64,000 nucleotides of DNA from Longimicrobiales bacterium (lineage in GTDB: Bacteria; Gemmatimonadota; Gemmatimonadetes; Longimicrobiales; Gaopeijiaceae), in contig CBDAON010000004.1 in the NCBI GenBank assembly GCA_965198065.1, positions 1,376,001 through 1,440,000 on the forward strand. The letters run 5' to 3'. Position numbers and translations under genes: made by a program. Of the stretch, positions 10,774-20,714 are shown one piece after another (position 1 is the stretch's first letter; each line of letters opens with the position of its first letter). The notes beneath the pieces were generated by a model. It was not told the DNA's origin and ran no database searches. It saw only the letters and a program-made list of their open reading frames with translations.

Positions 10774-11712
10774 ATGCAAGTCATCTTGGCACAACCGCGC
10801 GGTTTTTGCGCCGGTGTCGACCGCGCCATCGAAATCGTCGAAACGGCCCTGCATCAATACGGCCCCCCGGTTTACGTGCGCCACGAAATCGTCCATAACC
10901 GGCGCGTCGTGGAGGATCTGAAGGCGAAGGGCGTGCGTTTCGTCGACCGAGTCGAGCAGATTCCCAGCGGGGCCCTCACGATATTCAGTGCCCACGGCGT
11001 GTCGGCAAAGGTCGAGCAGGACGCATCGGTGCGCCGCTTGCGGACGCTGGATGCTACTTGCCCGCTGGTCTCCAAGGTACACATCGAGGGGCGCCGCTAC
11101 GCCGCCAAGGGCTACACCATCATTCTGATCGGTCATGAAAACCATCCGGAGGTCGAGGGCACCGTGGGTCAGATCCCGGGGCGGGTACTGCTGGTGGGCG
11201 ACGTGGCCGATGTGGAAATGCTCCAGGTCCGCGACCCCGACAGAGTTGCCTATATCACACAGACGACTCTGTCGGTCGACGACACCCGGGACGTGATCTC
11301 AGCCCTGCGCAATCGATTCCCCAAGATTGTCGGCCCGGGGGTCAAGGACATTTGCTACGCGACCCAGAACCGTCAGGCCGCCGTAAGAACGCTCGCCTCC
11401 TTCGTGGACCTGGTGTTCGTGGTCGGTGCCCAGAACAGCTCCAATTCAAACCGCTTGTGCGAGGTCAGTAACGACAGTGGCGTGCCGAGCTATCTGATCG
11501 AGGATCCGTCGGCGCTCGATCCGGTTTGGCTCCACGGCAAGAAGAGCGCCGGCATTACCGCCGGTGCCTCGACCCCCGAGGAACTGGTGCAGGACCTCAT
11601 CGCGAAGATGCGGGAATACGTTGACGTCGAACTCTCGACGATGGATGGCATCGTCGAGAACATTCGCTTCAGCCTACTTCCAAAACTGAGCCAAGCCGCC
11701 GTTACCCAATAG
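10774..11712 (+). CDS. ispH: 4-hydroxy-3-methylbut-2-enyl diphosphate reductase
   Basis: [70 protein letters not shown]. Confidence 0.97.
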   Translation: MQVILAQPRGFCAGVDRAIEIVETALHQYGPPVYVRHEIVHNRRVVEDLKAKGVRFVDRVEQIPSGALTIFSAHGVSAKVEQDASVRRLRTLDATCPLVSKVHIEGRRYAAKGYTIILIGHENHPEVEGTVGQIPGRVLLVGDVADVEMLQVRDPDRVAYITQTTLSVDDTRDVISALRNRFPKIVGPGVKDICYATQNRQAAVRTLASFVDLVFVVGAQNSSNSNRLCEVSNDSGVPSYLIEDPSALDPVWLHGKKSAGITAGASTPEELVQDLIAKMREYVDVELSTMDGIVENIRFSLLPKLSQAAVTQ

Positions 11713-12071
11713 CGGGAAGGTGTCACACCGATTGCCACGACACCCGCGGCCGAGATCTCGATACACTGGACCGCGACGGCAGGCGGTCAAAGAGTACCGG
11801 CCCACCGGCCTGGTAGCGCGTAGATGCTTGCGCACTTGAGCCGGAGCATGCGGATAGCGGCGCGGTCCCCGCCGAGACAGAAAGCGTTCGGCTTGACTAG
11901 GGACCCTCAACCAGTCCACATATATGCCCACTGGCCACACACACCGAGCCACCAGGGGCGGCGTGTGGGAGTCTTAACACTGACGGGCATGGTTTTGTTA
12001 CCATCCGCGGATGGAACTCGCCAAAGCTACCGCGCTTTCGCACCTGACCCGCGACGCTCTCCGCCGAATCT

Positions 12072-12130
12072 TCTTCGACAAGCTTGACGTGGTCTTCCTC
12101 GGATTCATCCTCTTCGCACTCATCCTCGGA
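12072..12130 (+). pseudogene. Short C-terminal relic of an IS5-family transposase
   Basis: Translates FDKLDVVFLGFILFALIL, resembling the RFDKL..FL.F..A terminal motif of IS5-family transposases. Confidence 0.45.
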
Positions 12131-12162
12131 GGCCGCCGTCATGCCAGGGCCTGTTACCGCTA

Positions 12163-12258
12163 ATGTGCTCCGATGGGATATCAGACAGCGATCTCGCCTA
12201 CCAGGCAGAACTCCTGCAGCGCGTATCCCGCACCTTCGCTCTCACGATTCCGCAGCTT
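12163..12258 (+). pseudogene. N-terminal relic of squalene/phytoene synthase
   Basis: ATG 12163: MCSDGISDSDLAYQAELLQRVSRTFALTIPQL. VSRTFALTIP.L is the N-terminal motif of squalene/phytoene synthases. Joined directly to the IS6 transposase. Confidence 0.7.
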
Positions 12259-12945
12259 CAAACTGAGTTACCGGGACCTGGTCGCGATCTTAGGTGAGCG
12301 GGGTTTATCGATTTCGCACACCACGATCTTGCGTTGGGTCATTCGCTATGCCGAAATTTGCGAAAAGCGGTGGAGCCGATTCGAGCGGCCGGTGGGTGGA
12401 AGTTGGCGAGTTGATGAAACGTTCATCAAGGTGCGAGGCCAGGTGATGTACCTGTATCGAGCCGTGGATGGACAAGGCAACACCGTAGAGTTCTTTCTCA
12501 GTCGAACACGCGGCATTGCGGCGGCGAAGGCCTTCTTTCGCAAGGCACTGAAGCATCATCGGGAGCCACACAGCATCACCCTGGATGGCCACCAGCCGAG
12601 CCATAGCGCCCTGCGACGCATGGGGATGAACGGGGAGTTCAACTTCCGGGGCCCGAACCCGATGAGGATTCGTTGCTGTCAATACCTGAACAACCTTGTG
12701 GAGCAGGACCACCGCTGGGTGAAGGGGCGATTGCAACTGTTGGGATTCAAGACATTCTACAATGCGCGACGCGTCATTATCGGCATTGAGCTGGCGCAGA
12801 AGATTCACAAACGCCAGTTCGCAATTCCGATCCCATGGCAATCGAATCCCGCGGTGATCTGGCGTCACGTCATGGCAGCATAGGCCGCATCGCCGCGGTG
12901 CACTCCTGGTCTTATCGTCCCGATAATCCTATCTGCACCAGAACC
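12255..12945 (+). mobile_element. Second, divergent IS6-family element, 5'-truncated (transposase to 12883)
   Basis: LSYRDL..ERG..SHTTILRWV, WRVDETFIKV, YLYRAVD, YLNNLVEQDHR. Right end atctgcaccagaacc at 12931-12945. Confidence 0.88.
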
Positions 12946-12953
12946 CTCTGGAG

Positions 12954-13011
12954 GGATGTGTTGCAACTTTCAAAAATCAGCAAGAGAGCGACTGGTTGGG
13001 TCGACCAGGCT
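12954..13011. repeat. Solo copy of the terminal ~58 bp of the 9706 IS6 (direct repeat of 9706-9765)
   Basis: ggatgtgttgcaactttcaa(a/g)aatcagcaagagagcgactggttgggtcgaccaggctccg is present at both sites. Confidence 0.9.
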
Positions 13012-13146
13012 CCGCCTTCCGCAGCCGGTTGATGACCTGTGCGGGACTCAGCCTCTTTCGTGCGGCCATTTGTGCCCTCCCTCTCCATGTCTCGACCCGT
13101 CCGGATCCTAAAACTGGACTCGGTCTCGTTTCTAGGGGGCAGTTCA
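13012..13146 (-). mobile_element. Left end and orfA start of an IS3 element
   Basis: Reverse complement tgaactgccccctagaaacgagaccgagtccagttttagg...MAARKRLSPAQVINRLRKAE is homologous to 32370-32505. Confidence 0.85.
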
Positions 13147-13765
13147 GTCTTCGCTCGCGATCGGGCGAGACCGAGCCTATATGTACCAGTTCGTCCACCG
13201 TGGCACGCCTCGCGTCCTCGCCGAGCACGACCGCGAAGCCTTGGCGGAGCATCTGCGCTGCAGACCCGAAGAGCTGAAACACGACGTAATTCCGCCTCGG
13301 GTGCCTTCACGGGGACGGAAGACCGCCGATGGGCCGCGCCGAAGGGCTTCGTCGCAGTGGCCGAGATCGACGCCCGTACGGCGGCGGGTCCGGGGGGCTG
13401 GAAGAAAGAGCCAGAGGAAACCAAGGAGCCGTGGCTTCTCCCCGATCCCCTCATTCGGCATGAGCTTCGGGCAAAGCCTGAAGATCTGCGGATGATCCAC
13501 CGTAGACGGGGACGCGATGGAGCCGCTCCTTTCGAGCGGCGATCGCGTCCTGATCGACGCGACCCAGCAGGTCCCGATCCCGCCGGGCACCTTCGTGGTC
13601 TGGGACGTGATGGGGCTGGTCGCCAGGCGGATCGAGCATGTGCGCCACTCCGAGCCGCCGAGGGTGATGATCATGTCGGTCAACCCGGAGTACGCCAGCC
13701 ACGAGCGCCTCGCCGAGGAGATCCGCGTCGTCGGCCGAGCCGTCTGGGCCGGACGCCGGCTGTGA
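13147..13765 (+). pseudogene. CI/LexA-like S24 peptidase repressor, frameshifted
   Basis: Segments YQFVHRGTPRVLAEHDREALAEHL, VAVAEIDARTAAGPG and VDGDAMEPLLSSGDRVLID...NPEY...IRVVGRAVW lie in different frames. Confidence 0.8.
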
Positions 13766-13850
13766 GACGCCTACGGTATAGGCGGGAAACCAATGCTTTC
13801 GCGGATAGTCGGGCACGTCATCGTCAGGATGCTGGCGGGCGCACCGGACC

Positions 13851-14325
13851 CTAAGCTCTGCCACGGCTTGCCTCGATCTCTTTCCGGATCCACGCATCCA
13901 CGTCCTCCTCGATCCATACGACAGCACGCACCGGCTCGGGGAAGCTTCCCTCGGCCACCTGCAGGTAGATCTTGCTCTGCGACAGCCCCGTGCGGGCCTC
14001 GACGCCCGGTAGGCCCAGGATGCGGGCGGGTATGTCCATTTCGCGTGGGATTGCTTCCGTCGTCCGTTCTCTTCTTTCTCTAATGGAAGCATCCGGTAAC
14101 GGATCGCTCCGGGATGGAACGCGATCCGCCTGGTCCCCGTCGTAGGTTTCGATGAACTCCAGGATCCGGTCAGCCGTCGCAGGCGTCGGTGAGCGGCCCA
14201 GGCGTAGCTGTCGGATCAAGGTTCGGATCGCCCGTCGCCCGCAGACCGAACGTTGACGGCTTCAGGCGCGTGCGCTCGAGAAACCCGGCCACTCGCGATT
14301 CGAAGTGCTTCGTTAGCGTCTCCAT
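13851..14325 (-). pseudogene. Cro-like/AlpA-family phage regulatory protein (AlpA domain 13851-14039), frameshift near 14220
   Basis: METLTKHFESRVAGFLERTRLKPSTFGLRATGDPN / IRQLRLGRSP then ILGLPGVEARTGLSQSKIY..VAEGSFPEPV..WIEEDVDAWI. Confidence 0.75.
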
Positions 14326-14619
14326 GGCAGTTAGGGTCTAGACCCGGCATATGAGGACCCGCTTATGCACTGCGGGGCGCGCGGCCGAGCACGACCGGAT
14401 GCCGCCTCGGAGGGTGCTTCTAAGTGAGGCGGAGGTCGGCCGACGGGTCGCGGCGACGGGCTATACCGCGGTGCATGACATCGATGTCGGCAGGGCGGCC
14501 AGTTCCGGGAGGACGGAACGAAAGACTGACGCCACAGAGGAACCAAGAGATGTTCGACCGTACGAGCGAATCAGACCCGCGTCCCACGCCAGCGGACCCG
14601 TGCTGCCGACGGCAATAGT

Positions 14620-15279
14620 TTACCGTTCATATGTCTTGATCACGTCAAGCATGGCCTGTTCCGCGTCGTCCCACGCGGTCTGAATCGTCCGCAGCGCCGC
14701 CGGGGCGTTCGGCACCTGGCTGGCGAGCGCGCGGTTCTGCGGCAGCAAGAGACCCTGTGCGGTCGCACGATCGAGGAAGGCGAACAGGTGGTCGTAGTAG
14801 CCGTCAATGTTGGCGAAGCAGCACGGCTTTTCGTGCAGCTCCAGCGGTCGTTGTGACCAGCACAGGACTTCGAAGATCTCCTCCAGCGTGCCGAACCCGC
14901 CGGGTAGAGCGATGCAGCCCTGCGCCAACCGCTGCATCAGGTGTTTGCGCTCGTGCATCGTGGCGACTTCGAGGAGACGGCTGAGTCCCTCGTGGGCGAG
15001 TTCCTGGTACGACAGCTGCCGGGGAACCACACCGGTCACGAAGCCGCCGCCCTCCAGCACAGCATTTGCCAGCACACCCATCAGTCCGACGCTACCGCCA
15101 CCGTAAACCAGCCCGATGCCCTCGGCCGCCATCAGTCGCCCTAGGGCCTCGGCCTCGTCGATGTAGCGCTGCTCGCGTCCTAGGTTGCCGCCCAGGTAGA
15201 CGCAGATGTTTTTTCCGCTGGGCGGCCCATCGGGTTCTGCGGGGTTCTCGCCCACCGCCGATGCTCTCGCGTTCGGCAT
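14620..15279 (-). CDS. LOG-family nucleotide phosphoribohydrolase (TIGR00730 type)
   Basis: LVYGGGSVGLMG, MHERK, LPGGFGTLEEIFE. Confidence 0.93.
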   Translation of the reverse strand: MPNARASAVGENPAEPDGPPSGKNICVYLGGNLGREQRYIDEAEALGRLMAAEGIGLVYGGGSVGLMGVLANAVLEGGGFVTGVVPRQLSYQELAHEGLSRLLEVATMHERKHLMQRLAQGCIALPGGFGTLEEIFEVLCWSQRPLELHEKPCCFANIDGYYDHLFAFLDRATAQGLLLPQNRALASQVPNAPAALRTIQTAWDDAEQAMLDVIKTYER

Positions 15280-15569
15280 TCTGTAAGTTTTCCTAGTCGC
15301 GCTCCGGCATCAGTACGCTGCCAGACCATCGAGAAGGAACCCCTAGTGCTACCACGGATCGTGTGCCCTAGTGGGCCCCTTCAGGTAAAGCGGTGGTTTC
15401 ATTGTGCATTCTCTCGCGGACGGATAAAATCGGCACAGCCCCGGCCAAGCAAATTTCGAAATCCGGCGGTCGCGGGCGGCCATGTGGCGAGTTTAACCTA
15501 CAAGGAAGGCATAGTCACCTTCAGCCCGTCAAGCACGACAACTCATCGCCGTGTAGGTAACATTTCGTC

Positions 15570-16364
15570 ATGAAGAATCTTACCCAGACTGGTTCGCTCC
15601 GGGGCTGGCTTGTCGCTGTGGCGGTTCTTGCGGCTGCACCGGTCGGGACGGCCGCACAGACGGAGTTTCACTATCAGTACGGCAAGCTCACCAACCCCTT
15701 TGACGGAGCGCAGCACTACACGCACATCCTGACCTTCCAGCAGGCATCGAGCTGGTCGCTCGGCGACAGCTTCTTCTTCATCGACTTGCTCGACGACGGC
15801 GTCACGGACGGATTCAACGACATGGAGGTCTACGGCGAATGGTATCCCACCCTGAGCCTGGGTAGGCTCGCGGACCGGACGGTGGGCGCAGGACCGGTGA
15901 GGGATATCGCGCTGATCGGGGGCATTAACTTCGACAGCGACGCCGACGTCTTCAAGTGGTTGCCCGGTGCGCGACTCTCCTGGGACATCCCTGGCTTCAT
16001 CTTCTTCAACACCGACGTAACTGCCTTCATCGATGCCAGCAGCGGTGTGGACCAGGGAAGTGCGCCGAGGACGAATGACAGCTTCATGTTCGATGTAAGC
16101 TGGGGCGCCGCCTTCGATCTCGGTAGCCAGTCGTTCTGGTTCACTGGCCACGCGGAGTACATTGGTGGGACGACCAACGAACTCGGTGATGCCGTAGAGG
16201 GGTGGATCCTCGCGCAGCCGCAGCTTGGTTGGGATATTGGAAAGGCACTGACGGACAGTGCCAATCAGCTCTTTGTCGGCGTCGAGTACCAGTACTGGTG
16301 GAACAAGCTGGGTGAGAACAACGACGACAACGTCCCACAGTTGTGGGTGATGTGGCGTCTGTGA
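15570..16364 (+). CDS. Tsx-like nucleoside-specific outer-membrane channel
   Basis: Signal peptide; ILTFQQASSWSLGDSFFFID, YGEWYPTLSL, AQPQL.WD.G, VGVEYQYWWNKLG pattern. Confidence 0.75.
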   Translation: MKNLTQTGSLRGWLVAVAVLAAAPVGTAAQTEFHYQYGKLTNPFDGAQHYTHILTFQQASSWSLGDSFFFIDLLDDGVTDGFNDMEVYGEWYPTLSLGRLADRTVGAGPVRDIALIGGINFDSDADVFKWLPGARLSWDIPGFIFFNTDVTAFIDASSGVDQGSAPRTNDSFMFDVSWGAAFDLGSQSFWFTGHAEYIGGTTNELGDAVEGWILAQPQLGWDIGKALTDSANQLFVGVEYQYWWNKLGENNDDNVPQLWVMWRL

Positions 16365-16394
16365 TGTCTGGGCGCTGCCGCACAGGAGAGTGAG

Positions 16395-18935
16395 GTGAAC
16401 CAGAACGCGACGGACGCACAGGACGCGCCGACCACAGAGATCCGGTCGACAAAGAGGGGACTGCGTCTTGCGGCGCGAGGCTTCCTCGCGCTTGCCGCGC
16501 TGCTCACCGTCACGATCACCGCGACCTCTGCCACCATGCTCTACAACTCCGCCACCGCGCTTCGTGACGGGGCGGAGGGGGCCGCCACGCACCTAGCGGA
16601 ACTTCTGGCGGCAAGCTTCGCCGACATGGGTGAGATCTCGCTGGCCAATGTTGCCCGTACGCTCGATGCAACGCTCGACGACCAGATGATCGCACAGGCC
16701 CGCATCGCGGCACACCTCGTGGCGGCGGCCGAGGAAGCAGGGCAAGATCCCGGGCGCATCATCGAGACCCTAGACGCGATCTTGGCGAGCACGGTGCTGG
16801 ACGAGTTCTGGATCACGGACAATGTGGGCTTTTCCTATCTCACTAACGTCCGCGATGAGAACGGGGAGCTCGTGCCCTTCCGATTCGAGGCTGATCCGGC
16901 GGTGCAGCCACAGGCGTCGAAGTTCTACGTGCTCCTCGAATCGGATATCGACGACGACGATTTCATCACACAGCCAGCGCAAGTCCGGGAGATCGATCAA
17001 GAAGTCTACAAGTACGTCGGAGTCGGCGGCGTCGATCAGGAGCGGATCGTGCAGATCGGCAATGCACTCGACTTTGGTGAGCAGGAGATTTTGACGAACG
17101 TCTACGCCACGGAGCGGGCGGACGTTTCCGCCGTGGTCGAGGGGATCATCGGTCAGCACATGCTGGCGCAGGCGACCATAGCGGGCCACTTCATCGTTGC
17201 GGCTGAGGAGGCCGGCTGGACGGCGGAGGAGATCAACAGCCGACTGCGACGTATCGCCGGAGCGACGGTCATCGGTGAAATCCGGGTCCTCGACCTGGAC
17301 GGCTCGGTTGCCTACTCCAGTCTGCTTCCGCCGCTAGAAGGCGGGGCAGACGTACCCGTACCTCGTGTGGAGGAGATCACGCCGCTCCTGGAGGGTTCCG
17401 AGGGCAGCGTGGAATTTGCGACGGCCCCGCGCGCCTCGGACGGCGAGGTCTACAAGTACGTGGCGGCTGCCAGTGCCGGCTCGCCGCGGGTCGTGCAAGT
17501 TGGCGTACCCATCGAGGGTAGCTCGGGCAACCTGCTCTATGCCGTGTACCAGCGGGAGGCGGACCTGCTCGTCCGATCGCGTAATTTGGAGGCGCTCTGG
17601 GTCGTCAATCTTGACCGCGACTTAGCTGCATCCGCGCCGCGGGCCGGACAGTCGGGCACCGAGACGGTGGGCGCAGCCAGCGTCTTCTCGCGCCGGGCTG
17701 AATCGGTCGTGGAGCAGGCCATGGACCAGGGTCAGGTGGTGAGCGAGGCTAGCCTGAGCCTGCTGGCGCCCGCCGCCCGCGGCATTTGGGTCGCCTCACC
17801 GATCATCAATACAGGAGGGATCCCGATCGGAGGTCTCGCGCTCGCGGTCAGCCTAGACGACATCGCCGACACGGTTCGGGGCGAAGCACGGAACACGACC
17901 CTGATCGCTTTCGTCCTCTTCGCTCTTACCGGCGCCGCTGCGCTCTGGGGAACGCGGTGGCTGACGCAGCCCATCGAGGCCATCGCCACGGCAGCCCGCC
18001 AGGTGGAAGCGGGCAGGCAGCCGGACGATGGCTTGATTGAGCCAGTGATGGAACGGACCGACGAGCTGGGGAGCCTAGCACGGGTGTTTGACGCCATGAC
18101 GATCCAGGTCTTCGACCGGGAGGAGCAGCTCGAGACGATGGTCTCGGCGCGGACCGAGGAGCTCCAGCAGAGCAACCGCAACCTGCGCCGTGCCCAGCGG
18201 GCACTGGAGCAGGACCTGGAGATGGCGAGGGTGGTGCAATCCGCACTAGTGCGTGAAGGCAACGTGGATTTGGCCGGCTTCGCGGCCTACGCGCGGATGA
18301 CCCCGGCGCAGCAGGTGGGCGGCGACTTCGTCGACGTGTTCGAGTCGTCCGAGGGCCAGCTGTTCTTCAGCGTTTGCGACGTCTCTGGCAAGGGGGTGGC
18401 AGCGGCCCTGTTCATGGCAGCGTCGCAGGGCACGATCAACGCTGCGGCCACCAAGAGCCAGAACGGCGGCGTCAGCGCAATCGCCACCGAAGCCAACCGT
18501 CTGCTCTGCAGCGAGAACCCGATGGGGCTCTTTGTGACCGGCATGCTCGCCGTCGTCGACCTCGAGCGGGCCGTCATGGAATACGTCTGCGCTGGGCATG
18601 AGCCTGCTTTCCTGGTGAGCACCGACGACTCCCGGCGAGTTCTCCCGATGACTCGCGGGCTGCCGATGGGCGTGTTGGACGACTTCGAGTACGAGAGCCG
18701 CCAGGAAGAGTTGCGCCCCGGTGACTCGCTCTTCCTCTACACGGACGGACTCACGGACGCGGTGAACATGAGCGGCGAGCTCTTCGGGAAGGAGCGGCTA
18801 GAGGAGACGCTCGACGGTGCATCCGCGCGCTCGCCCGAAGAGATCGTGGGCCACGTCTGGAGGGAGATCGGAGCCTATTCCGCGGGAGCTCCCGCCGCCG
18901 ACGACATGACCTGTCTAGTTCTGCGCCGCCGGTAA
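16395..18935 (+). CDS. Membrane sensor SpoIIE/PP2C phosphatase (RsbU-like) with HAMP
   Basis: Two TMs flanking a large periplasmic region; HAMP (LTQPI...RTDELGSLARVFDAM); VGGDFVD, CDVSGKG, AGHEP, YTDGLTD, DDMT. Confidence 0.93.
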   Translation: MNQNATDAQDAPTTEIRSTKRGLRLAARGFLALAALLTVTITATSATMLYNSATALRDGAEGAATHLAELLAASFADMGEISLANVARTLDATLDDQMIAQARIAAHLVAAAEEAGQDPGRIIETLDAILASTVLDEFWITDNVGFSYLTNVRDENGELVPFRFEADPAVQPQASKFYVLLESDIDDDDFITQPAQVREIDQEVYKYVGVGGVDQERIVQIGNALDFGEQEILTNVYATERADVSAVVEGIIGQHMLAQATIAGHFIVAAEEAGWTAEEINSRLRRIAGATVIGEIRVLDLDGSVAYSSLLPPLEGGADVPVPRVEEITPLLEGSEGSVEFATAPRASDGEVYKYVAAASAGSPRVVQVGVPIEGSSGNLLYAVYQREADLLVRSRNLEALWVVNLDRDLAASAPRAGQSGTETVGAASVFSRRAESVVEQAMDQGQVVSEASLSLLAPAARGIWVASPIINTGGIPIGGLALAVSLDDIADTVRGEARNTTLIAFVLFALTGAAALWGTRWLTQPIEAIATAARQVEAGRQPDDGLIEPVMERTDELGSLARVFDAMTIQVFDREEQLETMVSARTEELQQSNRNLRRAQRALEQDLEMARVVQSALVREGNVDLAGFAAYARMTPAQQVGGDFVDVFESSEGQLFFSVCDVSGKGVAAALFMAASQGTINAAATKSQNGGVSAIATEANRLLCSENPMGLFVTGMLAVVDLERAVMEYVCAGHEPAFLVSTDDSRRVLPMTRGLPMGVLDDFEYESRQEELRPGDSLFLYTDGLTDAVNMSGELFGKERLEETLDGASARSPEEIVGHVWREIGAYSAGAPAADDMTCLVLRRR

Positions 18936-18950
18936 CGCCGCCCCGCCCGA

Positions 18951-19210
18951 GTCGCACTTGAGGCTCTGATCACCCATGGGGTGAGCCACGGCCCCTGAGG
19001 GTGAAGCCGAACCGAGATCTAGATCACGATGCGGAGCGACTGCGGCACGCCGACCCTGATGAAGGAGGACACCGGTCAGCCGTTGGATCCGCCGCAGAGA
19101 CATGAATCCTGACACCACGTCATCGCTGGAGGGACGGTCCCTCAGTGGTTCGGGGTTGCACGTAGTGGAGGGCCTCGCGGAGCGCATTTCCTACGAGTTC
19201 ACCGTCAAGG
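18951..19210 (+). pseudogene. Decayed RsbW-like HATPase duplicate
   Basis: Across stops and frameshifts reads VALEALITHGVSHG..PEI*ITM..EDTGQPLDP..DMNPDTTSSLEGRSLSGSGLHVVEGLAERISYEF, colinear with 19284-19712. Confidence 0.7.
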
Positions 19211-19283
19211 GGCCGGGCCTTGTACCGCGACCAGGCAGTGACTAGAGTTGCGTGGTTGCCTGCACGGGAAGGGATCGTTCGCA

Positions 19284-19712
19284 ATGATGGATGAACTGCG
19301 CGTCTCGTTGGCACCCAGGCTGCCCGCGGTACGCGGCCTGGCGCGGATGGTAGAGGAATTCGGGGACGCCAACGATCTGCCGGATCAGAAGATCTACATG
19401 ATCAACCTGGCCCTCGACGAATTGATCACCAATACGGTGAGCTACGGCCTTCGAGGCGTGGCCCAACCAAAGATCGAGATCACCGTGCAGGTCAACGGTA
19501 CCGTCCTGGTGCTGACAGTGGCGGACAACGGCCAACAGTTTGATCCGACGCAAGACACGAGTCCCGACCTGTCATCGGCGGTGGACGATCGGCCGATCGG
19601 CGGCTTAGGGCTGTATCTGATCAAGACGTTTGCCGACCGCATGAAATACGAGTACGTGGAGGGCAAGAACCGGCTGACGCTGGAACACGATCTCGCGCCA
19701 CAGGCTGCGTGA
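19284..19712 (+). CDS. RsbW-like anti-sigma factor / Ser kinase (HATPase)
   Basis: LALDELITNTVSYG, DNGQQFDP, RPIGGLGLYLIK. Confidence 0.92.
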   Translation: MMDELRVSLAPRLPAVRGLARMVEEFGDANDLPDQKIYMINLALDELITNTVSYGLRGVAQPKIEITVQVNGTVLVLTVADNGQQFDPTQDTSPDLSSAVDDRPIGGLGLYLIKTFADRMKYEYVEGKNRLTLEHDLAPQAA

Positions 19713-19744
19713 CGAGGCCAGCGTAGCAACGAGGGGTGCATCGA

Positions 19745-20086
19745 ATGGATATCGAAGTCGGCGAGGAACGCAGTGGCGAGGTGTTGGTGCTGGTGCCCAT
19801 TGGACGACTGGACAGCGGAAACGCCAGCTCGTTCGAATCCGTCATCATGGATCGCGTCAAAAGCGGAGAGCGGCGCCTGATCGTCGACTTCAGTCGCCTC
19901 GACTTCATCAGCAGCTCGGGCTTGCGGGTGCTCCTCATCGCCGCCAAGGTGCTGAGGGTGGCGGACGGAACGCTCGTTCTCTGCTCCATGAAGGACCACA
20001 TCGAGGAAGTCTTCCAGATCAGCGGCTTCGGCCAGATCATTCCCATCAAGGAGTCTCGCAAAGCGGCCCTCTCCGGCGCGTCCTAA
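19745..20086 (+). CDS. STAS anti-anti-sigma factor (RsbV/SpoIIAA-like)
   Basis: [22 protein letters not shown] (phosphorylatable Ser), EVFQISGF. Confidence 0.93.
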   Translation: MDIEVGEERSGEVLVLVPIGRLDSGNASSFESVIMDRVKSGERRLIVDFSRLDFISSSGLRVLLIAAKVLRVADGTLVLCSMKDHIEEVFQISGFGQIIPIKESRKAALSGAS

Positions 20087-20087
20087 C

Positions 20088-20345
20088 CGGCACCCACACC
20101 GCGCTCAACTCCCCGGCGCGGTGAAGACGCGCCAGACTCAGCGCGTCGCGCCGATCCGTCTTCATCCTATCCCCCCGGCTTGCTCGGGATCAGGCTCGGC
20201 GCCACCATCGCGCAGTGGTGCCCGGTCGTGATGATCTCCCGATACACCCCGTAGCCGCACGTGCTGGCTTCGTGGCAGAAGCTCAACACCTCCCCGTGTG
20301 GGCTCAGCTTGCCGATCAGACGAGACCGCCCATAGCCAATCGCTT
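20088..20345 (-). pseudogene. Internal fragment of an IS110-family transposase
   Basis: Minus strand reads [64 protein letters not shown]. Confidence 0.8.
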
Positions 20346-20419
20346 CAAAGGTGGCTCTGACCTCGAGTGTAACCCACGGTACTCGAGGCAGGGCAGGTCA
20401 ATCCATTATGTGTAGCCCA

Positions 20420-20669
20420 TGAGCTGCATATGACGCAGCAGACGTCCTTGTACATGCGGCAACGTATTCGGGCGGCCACGGCCAGCAACGACGTGCACTT
20501 GCTCCAAGGAATCGTCAAGACGGATGAAACCTGCATCGGCGGGAACCCCCGCAAAGGAACCCGCCGTGACGACGACAAGCCCAGCCCGAGAGAGCGTGCA
20601 ACCCGGAAGATCCCGGCTATCGGTGCCGTAGAACGCGGAGGGGCGCCTCAGTATGGCAATAGTTGGTGA
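20420..20669 (+). pseudogene. IS1595-family transposase fragment
   Basis: MTQQTSLYMRQRIR...LQGIVKTDETCIGG...KIPAIGAVERGG (variant of GIVEADETYIGG). Confidence 0.75.
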
Positions 20670-20714
20670 GGGAGTCAACCCGGGTGGAATAGAGTGCCAC
20701 CCACACGGCGTCGG

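Noticed and set aside
12173..12883. Intact 236-aa IS6 transposase
   Set aside because: The N-terminal ~28 residues come from another frame of the synthase relic; the true start and left IR are missing.
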